Shown: positions 17,996 to 27,363 of the stretch, piece after piece
Numbering within the stretch: the stretch's first letter is position 1
Layout: each line of letters opens with the position of its first letter
NCBI GenBank assembly: GCA_022574495.1
Contig: JACZRW010000003.1
Span: forward strand, 1-44,260
Reading direction: 5' to 3'
Source: Patescibacteria group bacterium
Lineage (GTDB): Bacteria; Patescibacteriota; Microgenomatia; Woykebacterales; RBG-16-39-9b
DNA length: 44,260 bases
Notes under the pieces: generated by a model
Seen by the model: the letters and a program-made list of their open reading frames with translations, nothing else
Databases searched by the model: none
Told to the model about the DNA's origin: nothing
Program-made: the position numbers and the translations under genes

Positions 17996-19603
17996 TTAAT
18001 TAAAAATATTTACCTTATTAATTTTCCATTCACTAATATTCTTAAACCTATCTGAGGTTAGGATTAAATTCCTAAGTTTTATGTTCTCAATTTTTTTATT
18101 TACAATCCAAAAATATTTTGGGTAATATAAAAATATAGCCGGTGCTTCATCTGCTAAAATCCTATTAAATTTGGCATAACTATCTTTCCTCTCTTCTCTC
18201 TTAAATATTTTTCGCCCGTCCTCTAAAATTTTGTCTATCTTATCTGATTGTAGTCCCGTTATATTTCCATCGTTTATTTGAGAGCTGTGCCAAATACTAT
18301 ACTGGTCAGGATCGACACCAAGCTGCTGAACACTCAAAAGAACCTGAAAGTCTCTCTCAGGGATAGCCTTTTCCCTTAATTCCGTGCTCTCCAATTTTAA
18401 AACTTCTACTTTTATTCCTAGTGCCGCCCAGTTATCTTTAATACGATCTAGCACCCTATCCAATTCAGGGTCTTGGGTTGTTGTGATGGTAATATTTAAT
18501 TCTTCTTCAGAGTTTTTTCTGATCTCCCCATCAAGCTTCCAACCAAGAGCATCAAGATCTTTTTTAGCCTCATCAATATCAAATTGGATTGGGTTTTTAA
18601 AACTATTATCAGCCCAACTTTTTAAAGGGAGGGAGGTTTCACTAATAATTAGGCTAAAACCAGGAAGTATCTGGGTCACCAGTTCTTTTGACGTTGCTTT
18701 AGATAGCAGCTGTCTAAATCTCCTCTCCTTTAATAGATCATCATTAAGATTCATAAAAAGTACTATTTGCCTTTGAGCCAAGTTGCTACTAAAAATTTTT
18801 AGATTTGGCCAAGCGCTTAGCTCGTTTAGCTCAAAAAAGCTAAGACCTCCAAGGCCATCTATCTCACCAAGTTTCATTGACAGAAGAGCATCTTCTTTAT
18901 TTTTATACAGTTTAAAAGCTAGATTTAGATAATCACTTTCAAGAACAATTTTATCCTCAAATATATTGGTTACTTTAAAATCTCCGCTTCCTATTGGTCG
19001 GTATTTTTCCAGTGATATATGCTCGGGAACTATTCCCAACGTTGTATTTTGGATAAAAGGGGATAGGGCTTCGTTTAGAATAAACTCCACCGTATAATTG
19101 TCGATTTTAGTTACCTTAACCCCCTTAAAATTCGAAGCGAAAGGAGAGGGCGGGTTAGGGTTTTGAGTAAGTTTAATTGTATGTACTACATCGTCGGATG
19201 TAATCTCCTGACCATCATGCCAATATAGATCTCTCTTGAGAGTGAATATATATTTTGTGGGGGATTCTCTCTCGAAGCTTTCAGCCAAATCCAAAACCAC
19301 ACTACCATCATCATCAATCCTAGTTAATCCCCTAAAAACCAGTGAGTTAATTTCCTCCTCCGCTAAGGTGGATGCGTATACCGGGTTTAGGGTAGATACG
19401 CTACCTACCACCCCTTCGTTAAAACTTGCTTTATTAATTTTTGCAGTGACTTGACTGAAAATATCGGGAAAGAAACTTATCGACAAAAATCTGACTGTTA
19501 TCAATAGAACTAAAAAAAATATAGAAAGTAGAAATATTTGGCGGTATCGCCTTGTAATTAAGTGGACTAAAAAACGATAATAAAATCTAAGACTTCTTAG
19601 CAT
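17996..19603 (-). CDS. Peptide ABC transporter substrate-binding protein (family 5)
   Basis: LNP, LA.S....Y.F.L...WHDG..ITSDDV, DPDQY..WHSSQ, PAIFLY. No permease genes adjacent. Confidence 0.9.
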   Translation of the reverse strand: MLRSLRFYYRFLVHLITRRYRQIFLLSIFFLVLLITVRFLSISFFPDIFSQVTAKINKASFNEGVVGSVSTLNPVYASTLAEEEINSLVFRGLTRIDDDGSVVLDLAESFERESPTKYIFTLKRDLYWHDGQEITSDDVVHTIKLTQNPNPPSPFASNFKGVKVTKIDNYTVEFILNEALSPFIQNTTLGIVPEHISLEKYRPIGSGDFKVTNIFEDKIVLESDYLNLAFKLYKNKEDALLSMKLGEIDGLGGLSFFELNELSAWPNLKIFSSNLAQRQIVLFMNLNDDLLKERRFRQLLSKATSKELVTQILPGFSLIISETSLPLKSWADNSFKNPIQFDIDEAKKDLDALGWKLDGEIRKNSEEELNITITTTQDPELDRVLDRIKDNWAALGIKVEVLKLESTELREKAIPERDFQVLLSVQQLGVDPDQYSIWHSSQINDGNITGLQSDKIDKILEDGRKIFKREERKDSYAKFNRILADEAPAIFLYYPKYFWIVNKKIENIKLRNLILTSDRFKNISEWKINKVNIFN

Positions 19604-19825
19604 TTACTTAATAAACAGTAGGGAAAATGAAATGGTTGCAAAGAGAAAGGCCAAAACGATTGTTAAGTAATGGAGTATCTTTTCTGCTCCTCGCTTACTT
19701 CGATATGCTTCACCACCACCACCAAAGATAGCCCCTATTCCACTACCTTTTTTTTGTATAAGAATAACAGCAAGAAGTGATATTGATATAATTATCATCG
19801 CCACCATTAAGATATCTGTTAGCAT
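19604..19825 (-). CDS. secG: Preprotein translocase subunit SecG
   Basis: ILIQKKGSGIGAIFGG...RGAEK.L..LT. Confidence 0.93.
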   Translation of the reverse strand: MLTDILMVAMIIISISLLAVILIQKKGSGIGAIFGGGGEAYRSKRGAEKILHYLTIVLAFLFATISFSLLFIK

Positions 19826-19855
19826 TTAGGAGAGGATTTTAACATATTAGTAGTA

Positions 19856-20254
19856 TCAATGGAACACCCATCTAAGAAGAGTATTTAGCCAACTTATCAA
19901 AATTGAGGCTATAAGGGCCGAGAAAATGGCGATAGCATGAAATTTAGGCACAAAAAATCCGCTAATTTCTAGTCCGGAAAAATCAAAATTTACGATAGAA
20001 AATCCCGAAACAACAATACTGATTAAATAAAGTAACAGTGCTCCACTAAAGAAACTAAATAACCCAAACGTAAATAGATTTAACGGTAAAGAAATAAATT
20101 TTAAAATTGGCTTTGCCACCATTATTAGCACTGCAAATACTATCGAAGCAACTAATAATATTTCTATTTTCTCGAATTCAATACCGGGGAAAAAATACCC
20201 AACAACAAAGAAAGAAGTGGTACTTAAGAAAAGTTGCTTAACAATATTCCTCAT
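19856..20254 (-). CDS. 4-TM phage-holin-like/YvlD-family membrane protein
   Basis: KPILK.ISLPLNLFTFGLF. Confidence 0.85.
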   Translation of the reverse strand: MRNIVKQLFLSTTSFFVVGYFFPGIEFEKIEILLVASIVFAVLIMVAKPILKFISLPLNLFTFGLFSFFSGALLLYLISIVVSGFSIVNFDFSGLEISGFFVPKFHAIAIFSALIASILISWLNTLLRWVFH

Positions 20255-21525
20255 TTTACTAGGTTATCAAAGGTATTTTGAACTGTCAAAAGTTCTCTCC
20301 CTCTTAAATTCCGATGGTAAGAAATTGCAAATCGATGGGCTTCGTCTCGCAGTCTTTGTAACAAGTGCAGCGCTTTAGAATCTCTTGGGAGCCTTAACGG
20401 TTTGTCTTTTCCAGGAATATAGATCTGCTCCAACCTCTTAGCCAATCCTAAACAAGGTATGTTTAATTGGGATTCTTTTTGAGCGGCCAAACAGCTTGAA
20501 AGTTGACCTTTCCCACCATCAACTACAATTAAATCTGGTAGCCGCCAATCGTTATTAAAGCGCCTAGATATTACTTCTTTCATCATAGCCGTGTCATTGA
20601 TCCCCCTAACTCTTTTGATTTTAAATTTTTTGTATTCGCTTTTATCGATTTCCCCGTCCGTAATCACCACCATCGATCCAGTCGCATACTCACCATGAAT
20701 ATTTGAAATATCATAGCCTTCAATTCTCCTTGGGATTTTTTTTAGATTTAGGACAGATTTTAATTCCTCAAGGTCCTCTTTGTATCGTAGCCGAATAAAT
20801 TCTGGATCCTCCATATATCTCGTTACATCACCTCTGGGTTGGGTAACATAGTTTAACCCGTTTAGCTTTTTCCTAATCTCTTCTGCCTCTTCAAATTTAA
20901 GTTTATTTGAGGCAATCTTCATCTCTCGTTCCAAATCATGAATCACTTTCTGCTTTTTTCCATTAAGGAAGAGTCGTAGATTTTTAATGCTTTTTTTGTA
21001 GTCTCTAAAACCAATTTTTCCGACACAAACACCTGGGCACAGTCCTAAATGGTAGTGCAAGCAAACCCGACTAGATGGTTTACAAGTACTATATGGAAAT
21101 ATTCTCCTTATTGTTTTCAAGGTTCTTCGAACGGTGGTGGCCGATGGGAACGGACCAAAATATTCTTTTGCATCTGCTATTTTTTTACGTCTGGCGGGAA
21201 GTACTTTAGGGAATTTATCCTTCGTAAATATTATATAGAGATAATCCTTATCATCTTTAAGTTGAACGTTAAATTCAGGTTTATACTTTTTTATCAAATT
21301 TGCTTCTAGAATCAAGGCTTCAATTTCAGAGTTAACTTCAAATGTATCTACTTCAAAAACATTCTCTATTAACCGATTTACTCTTGGGTCATCAGCGGGA
21401 CGTTGGTAGGATTTCAATCTGTTTCTGAGATTCAAAGCTTTTCCAATGTATAGAATTTTTCTATTCCTATTTTTGAGTATATATACACCCGGCTTATCGG
21501 TGATCCTTTTTGAGTCTAATTTCAT
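20251..21525 (-). CDS. uvrC: Excinuclease ABC subunit C, lacking the C-terminal HhH domain
   Basis: GIY-YIG PGVY..YIGKA.NLR, UVR helix, RIEGYDISN, VDGGKGQ, RDEAHRFAI. Confidence 0.92.
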   Translation of the reverse strand: MKLDSKRITDKPGVYILKNRNRKILYIGKALNLRNRLKSYQRPADDPRVNRLIENVFEVDTFEVNSEIEALILEANLIKKYKPEFNVQLKDDKDYLYIIFTKDKFPKVLPARRKKIADAKEYFGPFPSATTVRRTLKTIRRIFPYSTCKPSSRVCLHYHLGLCPGVCVGKIGFRDYKKSIKNLRLFLNGKKQKVIHDLEREMKIASNKLKFEEAEEIRKKLNGLNYVTQPRGDVTRYMEDPEFIRLRYKEDLEELKSVLNLKKIPRRIEGYDISNIHGEYATGSMVVITDGEIDKSEYKKFKIKRVRGINDTAMMKEVISRRFNNDWRLPDLIVVDGGKGQLSSCLAAQKESQLNIPCLGLAKRLEQIYIPGKDKPLRLPRDSKALHLLQRLRDEAHRFAISYHRNLRGRELLTVQNTFDNLVK

Positions 21526-21537
21526 TGTTATATTCTA

Positions 21538-23415
21538 CTACGAAAGTCTATTCTTGAATTTCCTAAAAAGAGGATAAAACAATCCACCGAGAGTGGCTAG
21601 TAAAAGAAATAGAAGTAATACCTGAGGTGTGTTAAAGCTGAAAAATGGGCTAATCGCTATTACCTTAGACTCTTCGAAAATTTTCTCCACTCCTTGATCA
21701 TACCCTACTAATTTTGTAGTCAGCTTTCCTTCTCCTGACTTAAATACTGATCCACTTCTAAGTTTTATATTTACCACGTACTCGCTAAAGGGGAGTATTG
21801 TCCCAATCTCCTGATTCTCTTCACCTATTAGTTGCATTGATTCCGCTGAGATATTTATTCTTGAATATCTTAATGATTTACCGGTATCATTCTTTATAAT
21901 TATCTTCCCACCTGTTGGAAATCCTGATATGGTCTTTGATATACCTAATTCAACCGTAGGATTTGCTGAAAAATTAAATTCTTCGTTTACAAATGATACA
22001 TCAGATGAATTATCAGTAGATGACCAAAACATTTCTGGGATTTTCGGCTCTTCACTGGAGGATTCCCGTATAAATAAAGCAAAGTGATTTGCGTCTGTAT
22101 AATCAAAATAATCTACTCTTCTGGTTGAAGCCCAAGTCGGATCCACCTGCACCCACCTCTTATTTTCATTATCGAAATACTCAACCCAGGTATGGAGTTT
22201 TTCACTACTTTCCTTTCCATTTACAATAGTAGGGGTGAGGGATGTCCCATCCCCAACTACAAATCCAATCACTTCTCTTGCTGGAATATTTTTTGCTCTG
22301 GATAGCGAAATAAATAAGTCTACAAATTCGCTGGATAGAGCCTCCTTGGGATTAGATAAAGCAGAACTACCACCTAATCGCTTGGTAATATTTTTTTCTA
22401 TTATTTCATTATTAAACACAAGAGTTTGAGTAACAAATTCGTATATTTCCTTCACATCTGAAAGCTCTGACGCCTTATCCAAAATATTTTTAGAGGTGGT
22501 ATCCCAGTATTTTTGATTCAAAGTGAGTTCATTGTTAGTATTCTCTTTAGTAAAAATGTCACTAATGGATTTATCAATTTTAACTACTCCTTCTATCAAA
22601 ATGTCTTTCTCTTCACCAGCATCCAACTTGTACAGTGCAAAATAGTTTCCATCATCATCCTCCTCAATTTTCTCTGGTCGAGGATTTATTTTAGTGAAAT
22701 TAACTTCCTGAAAATTTGTATCTCTAGGTAGAAGTATTCTTTCCTCCTTCGAGAAGAAATTTGGATTCTTTAATTTTTCTCTGAAAGAAAACTCGGCTAC
22801 TTGAAAATCACCAAAACTGGCAATAATTGTTTCTGAAGGCGAGTCTTTTTTGTTGAAGGTAAAAGTTCTAAAACTCTTGTTTTCAGTAGTCTTGTTTGGT
22901 TTTGGGTATATTGAGTACAACTTACCAAAGTTTTTGGGGGTCTTCAGCTTTAAAGAAAATGATCCGAGCTTTTCTGATGTGTTTATACCAGGTGTCAAGA
23001 CCTCCCACATGTTCCCATTTTTTGTGGAAATATTATTTATCGTATAATTTAAAGTAAATTTAGTTAGTTTATTTTTTCCAATTACCTTATCGTTCAACTT
23101 TGCATTTAAAATCGTGAGACCCTTATCTTTTTTACTACTCACCTTAAATGACCCCAAAGAGTCGGTACCCGATGCACTTTTTATATCAGATGCGCCGATA
23201 TTCAAACTGTATTCTGATGGGTATAAATCTGCGGTTAAATTTTGTAGAACTATTTTTTGGATAACCTTTGCCGAACCATTCTCTTGAAGAGTAAACGTCA
23301 TATCATAGGAGACTGAGAAAGAAGCCGATTCTACTTTTTGAACTTTCAGAAAAGGAAGAAATATACCGGCGGTGAAGATTAACAAAATAATTGAATTCTT
23401 TACTCTCAAAGGCAT
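21538..23415 (-). CDS. Surface transglutaminase-like domain protein
   Basis: Signal peptide, EFVDLFI..RA.NIPAR, HTWVE, VDPTW, C-terminal TM. Confidence 0.85.
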   Translation of the reverse strand: MPLRVKNSIILLIFTAGIFLPFLKVQKVESASFSVSYDMTFTLQENGSAKVIQKIVLQNLTADLYPSEYSLNIGASDIKSASGTDSLGSFKVSSKKDKGLTILNAKLNDKVIGKNKLTKFTLNYTINNISTKNGNMWEVLTPGINTSEKLGSFSLKLKTPKNFGKLYSIYPKPNKTTENKSFRTFTFNKKDSPSETIIASFGDFQVAEFSFREKLKNPNFFSKEERILLPRDTNFQEVNFTKINPRPEKIEEDDDGNYFALYKLDAGEEKDILIEGVVKIDKSISDIFTKENTNNELTLNQKYWDTTSKNILDKASELSDVKEIYEFVTQTLVFNNEIIEKNITKRLGGSSALSNPKEALSSEFVDLFISLSRAKNIPAREVIGFVVGDGTSLTPTIVNGKESSEKLHTWVEYFDNENKRWVQVDPTWASTRRVDYFDYTDANHFALFIRESSSEEPKIPEMFWSSTDNSSDVSFVNEEFNFSANPTVELGISKTISGFPTGGKIIIKNDTGKSLRYSRINISAESMQLIGEENQEIGTILPFSEYVVNIKLRSGSVFKSGEGKLTTKLVGYDQGVEKIFEESKVIAISPFFSFNTPQVLLLFLLLATLGGLFYPLFRKFKNRLS

Positions 23416-23448
23416 GGTGGTTATTATAGATAAATTTTCAATAAAACT

Positions 23449-23820
23449 CTAGGCAGAAATCCAATTTTTTACTTTTGCAGAAACTTCCTCTGGAGTAAAT
23501 CGAGTTTTTACCAAATATTCGTTGGCACCTAATGATAACCCTTTTTCAATCATTTCTTGGTCCTCAAAGTTGGAAAGTATTAATATAGGGATATATCTAG
23601 TAATTGGTGACCTTCTAAGCCTTCTTATTACTTCAAACCCATCTATTTCTGGGATTTTAATATCTAAAAAAATAATATTTGGAGATTCAGAAAATGCTTT
23701 CTCAATACCGATTTTTCCGTTTATTGCCGTAACTACCTCATAATTATCCAACAGGAATTTAAATTTTAGCATCTTTAAAAATTGAGGTTCGTCGTCTACC
23801 AATAATATTTTCATAATCAC
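23449..23820 (-). CDS. Stand-alone response regulator (REC domain)
   Basis: [23 protein letters not shown]. Overlaps the uvrA stop. Confidence 0.9.
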   Translation of the reverse strand: MIMKILLVDDEPQFLKMLKFKFLLDNYEVVTAINGKIGIEKAFSESPNIIFLDIKIPEIDGFEVIRRLRRSPITRYIPILILSNFEDQEMIEKGLSLGANEYLVKTRFTPEEVSAKVKNWISA

Positions 23821-26654
23821 TTATTACTAGTTAAGTATTTTAACTCTCTTTTTAGATATTCGCCGGTGTACGATCTTTTCGATTTTATAATTGTTTCGGG
23901 ATCCCCTTGGGCGACTACCATCCCACCAGCATCTCCACCATCTGGACCAAGATCGATTATCCAATCGGCTGTTTTAATTACATCAAAATTATGTTCTATC
24001 ACCACTACGGTATTACCCAAATCTACCAGTCGATGAAGAACAGACAATAGGTTTTCGATATCGGCAAAATGAAGACCAGTTGTTGGCTCATCCAGTATAT
24101 AAAAAGTCTTTCCCGTACTTTTACGCGAGAGTTCTGTGGCTAATTTAACCCTCTGTGCTTCTCCACCCGACAAAGTTGTTGCTGGTTGGCCCAAACGTAT
24201 ATACGAAAGGCCAACATCTCTAAGAGTTTGAAGTTTATTTTTTATGGCTGGTACATTATTAAAAAATTCCAGCGCTTCCTCAACAGTCATTGCTAAGATT
24301 TCAGAAATATTTTTGCCTTTAAAACTTATCTCTAAGGCTTCTCTGTTATACCTTTTACCTTCACAGGTTTCACAGGTAACGTAGACGTCTGGTAGAAATT
24401 GCATCTCAATTTTAATAACGCCATCACCTTGACAAGTTTCACATCTACCTCCCTTAACGTTAAATGAAAACCTACCCGCTCTATAGCCTCTTATTTTAGC
24501 TTCGGCTGTCTGTGCGTATAATTCTCGAACATAAGAAAAGGCGCCAGTGTAAGTAGCTGGATTACTTCTTGGTGTTCTACCAATTGGTGATTGATCTATA
24601 CTTACTACTTTATCAATAAATTCAATACCCAAAATACTTTTGTGCTTTCCAACTTTCTCCTTTGAACGGTAAAGACTTGCACTCAAGGACTTTCTCAGGA
24701 TATCTTCAATTAGAGTGGATTTGCCAGAACCAGAAACACCGGTAATACAAATAAACTTCCCTAAAGGAAAATCTACATTAATATTTTTAAGATTGTGTTC
24801 TGAGGCCTCAATGATTTTTAGTGATTTGCCGTTTCCTCTTACCTTTTTTTTATAATCTTTCATTACTATTTTTTTACCCGAAAGAAATTGCCCCGTTATG
24901 GATTCCTTTGATCTAGTTATTTCTTTTGGTGTCCCGTAAGCAATTATCTCTCCCCCATGTTCCCCAGCACCAGGACCAGTATCGAGCACCCAATCTGCAC
25001 TTTCAATAGTTTCTCGATCGTGTTCGACCACGACAACCGTATTTCCTAAATCACGGAGATTTTTTAGGGTGTTAATTAATCTGGTATTATCTTTTTGGTG
25101 AAGACCTATGGACGGCTCATCTAAAACGTAAAGGACTCCAGAAAGCCCAGAGCCAATTTGTGAGGCTAAGCGGATTCTTTGAGCCTCCCCACCAGCAAGA
25201 GTAGCGCTAGTTCTCCCTAATGTAAGGTAGTTCAAACCTACATCTACTAAGAATTTTAACCTGGTCTTTATTTCTTTTAGTACTTGCTTGGCGATTATCT
25301 TTTCTCTTTCGGTCAAGTCAAGAGATGCAAACCACTCTTTGGCTTTATCTATTGAATAATCACTCACTTCGGTAATTGGTTTCTTATTGATTGTTATAAA
25401 TTGCGATTCCTTCTTTAATCTAGAACCCTTACAAGTCTCACAAATTTCTTCTCTCATATATTTCTCAATTTCCCTCTTGGTCCATTCACTATCCGTTTCT
25501 TTGTATTTACGTAAAATCTCTGGCATTACTCCTTCAAAAGTGGTGTTAAAAGTTATTAATTTTCCAAACCTATTTCTCCCTGAGACTTTAAATACTTCTT
25601 CCTCAGAACCGTAAAGAACAGTGGTTAAAGCATTTTTTGGTAAATCCTTGATTGGTGTGCTTAAAGAAACTTTCAAATGATCCACTAGAGCATCTAACCT
25701 TCTTGAAGACCAAGTATCCGATCCTAATATCCTACTCCAAGGTAATATTGCACCTTCGGAAATCGAAAGACTTTTATTTGGTATTACTAAATTCTCATCC
25801 ACACTGAGTTTTGTGCCTATCCCAGTACACTCCGGGCAAGCACCGTATGGAGAATTGAATGAAAATGTTCTAGGTTCTATTTCGGGTAGGGATACATTAT
25901 GCTCAGGGCAAGAAAATTGTTCAGAGAATAATTGATCCTTCCCATCTATTGATGCGATTACGACTCCTTCTGATAACTTCAAAGAGGTCTCTACAGATTC
26001 GGTGAGTCTTTGTTTGTCTACCGGAGTTACTAGTCTATCAATCACCACTTCAATATCGTGAATTTTATATCTAACCAGTTTTGGAGTTTCTCCTATTTCG
26101 TAGACCTTTCCATCCACTCGTACCCGTACGTACCCTTTTTTCTTTAAATCCTGAAAAACTTCATCATAAATTCCTTTTCTACCCCTCACAATCGGGGAAA
26201 GGATAAGAAGTTTTTTATTTTTTGGGAATTTTTGTATTTTATCGACTATTTCTTGAGGGGTTTGGGCTTTTATTTCTTTTCCATCTACCGGACAGTGTGG
26301 TGTTCCTACTCTTGCCCAAAGCAGTCTCATATAATCATAAATCTCAGTGATAGTGCCTACAGTAGAGCGCGGGTTTTTTGGAGCAGATTTTTGATCTATA
26401 GATATGGCTGGGGAAAGACCTTCTATCTGATCTACATCTGGTTTTTCCATCAGGCCTAGAAATTGTCTGGCGTAGGCAGAAAGGGATTCTACATAGCGCC
26501 TCTGCCCCTCAGCATAGAGTGTATCGAAGGCCAAAGAGGATTTACCCGAACCGGAAATACCAGTGATAACCACTAATTTATTTTTAGGGATTTCTACGGA
26601 AATATTTTTGAGGTTGTGCTCTCTAGCACCAACAATGGAAATCTTATCATTCAT
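23817..26654 (-). CDS. uvrA: Excinuclease ABC subunit A
   Basis: GAREHNLKN, two ABC cassettes, Zn fingers. Start reassigned to ATG 26654 after TTGAAT-17-TATAAT. Confidence 0.97.
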   Translation of the reverse strand: MNDKISIVGAREHNLKNISVEIPKNKLVVITGISGSGKSSLAFDTLYAEGQRRYVESLSAYARQFLGLMEKPDVDQIEGLSPAISIDQKSAPKNPRSTVGTITEIYDYMRLLWARVGTPHCPVDGKEIKAQTPQEIVDKIQKFPKNKKLLILSPIVRGRKGIYDEVFQDLKKKGYVRVRVDGKVYEIGETPKLVRYKIHDIEVVIDRLVTPVDKQRLTESVETSLKLSEGVVIASIDGKDQLFSEQFSCPEHNVSLPEIEPRTFSFNSPYGACPECTGIGTKLSVDENLVIPNKSLSISEGAILPWSRILGSDTWSSRRLDALVDHLKVSLSTPIKDLPKNALTTVLYGSEEEVFKVSGRNRFGKLITFNTTFEGVMPEILRKYKETDSEWTKREIEKYMREEICETCKGSRLKKESQFITINKKPITEVSDYSIDKAKEWFASLDLTEREKIIAKQVLKEIKTRLKFLVDVGLNYLTLGRTSATLAGGEAQRIRLASQIGSGLSGVLYVLDEPSIGLHQKDNTRLINTLKNLRDLGNTVVVVEHDRETIESADWVLDTGPGAGEHGGEIIAYGTPKEITRSKESITGQFLSGKKIVMKDYKKKVRGNGKSLKIIEASEHNLKNINVDFPLGKFICITGVSGSGKSTLIEDILRKSLSASLYRSKEKVGKHKSILGIEFIDKVVSIDQSPIGRTPRSNPATYTGAFSYVRELYAQTAEAKIRGYRAGRFSFNVKGGRCETCQGDGVIKIEMQFLPDVYVTCETCEGKRYNREALEISFKGKNISEILAMTVEEALEFFNNVPAIKNKLQTLRDVGLSYIRLGQPATTLSGGEAQRVKLATELSRKSTGKTFYILDEPTTGLHFADIENLLSVLHRLVDLGNTVVVIEHNFDVIKTADWIIDLGPDGGDAGGMVVAQGDPETIIKSKRSYTGEYLKRELKYLTSNK

Positions 26655-26716
26655 AGATCGGAAATTATACGCGATTTTGCAAATTAATTCAAGTGCTAGA
26701 GACCAATACTTTATAC

Positions 26717-26746
26717 TTGACAATGGCTATGGGGCTGAATTAAAAT
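26717..26746 (+). promoter_or_regulatory. Sigma70-type promoter divergent from uvrA
   Basis: TTGACA-18 nt-TAAAAT pointing into the 600-nt region. Confidence 0.6.
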
Positions 26747-26751
26747 ACACT

Positions 26752-27355
26752 AGTTGATTGGTGTCACCCAATTCGTGTAGTTTGGAGAGGTGTTCACGGT
26801 AGAGGGTGCCATACCAGCGATGCGTTGCGAACCTTCCAACTAGCAGTTCATGTTGTGTTGCTAGACCTGGTTTCGGGTAGCCAGTCGCTGGTAAAAACCC
26901 TCTCAAAACTGAATTCAACAGTTGTTCCTGGCCTACGGATGCGAGTAGGGCTTGGGAAACTTGTAATTGGACTGGGATCTATCTTTACTAAGAGTCCTCA
27001 AGCGCACCATTGAGGGCTCACAAACTTACCGGTCATCGCTGCCTAGCAGCGGGAAACTGGGGTGGGTGTGTCTTCAGACCCTCGGGTCAGTGGACGGAAT
27101 GGCACAACATGACCCTCTACGCCTTCCAAGGAGTACGGTCGGTTCAACCTTCCGATAAATACCCCACCTAAAAACAGATTCACACCGCCAGTCTGGATCA
27201 GGGTGTAGACCTGGACGGTTGGTGATGAAGTATGGCGGACCAACTAAGTGCTGCTTCATTATTCTGCCATAGCCTTCTAGTACGTCTTTTCGTCTAACGT
27301 CTGACGTCTCATGTCGGCCGACTAAAGCCCTGGTGAAACACCACACCAGGGCCTC
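26752..27355 (+). ncRNA. Candidate large structured ncRNA of about 600 nt, unassigned
   Basis: GC-rich, no convincing ORF, own promoter and terminator, more than 12 helices with several long-range pseudoknot pairings. Confidence 0.7.
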
Positions 27356-27363
27356 TCTTTTTT
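27327..27363 (+). terminator. Rho-independent terminator
   Basis: GCCCTGGTG-8 nt-CACCAGGGC followed by CTCTCTTTTTT. Confidence 0.75.

Noticed and set aside
19856-20254. Prophage suggested by the holin-family gene
   Set aside because: This family is common in chromosomes, and there are no phage genes nearby.
26727-27346. Five short overlapping ORFs in the uvrA-uvrB gap
   Set aside because: They conflict with one another, have no SD or recognisable motif, and are expected by chance in GC-rich DNA.
26731-27350. tmRNA (GGGGCTGA at 26731)
   Set aside because: The sequence lies in the promoter spacer, and there is no complementary acceptor strand with a T-arm and CCA at the 3' end.
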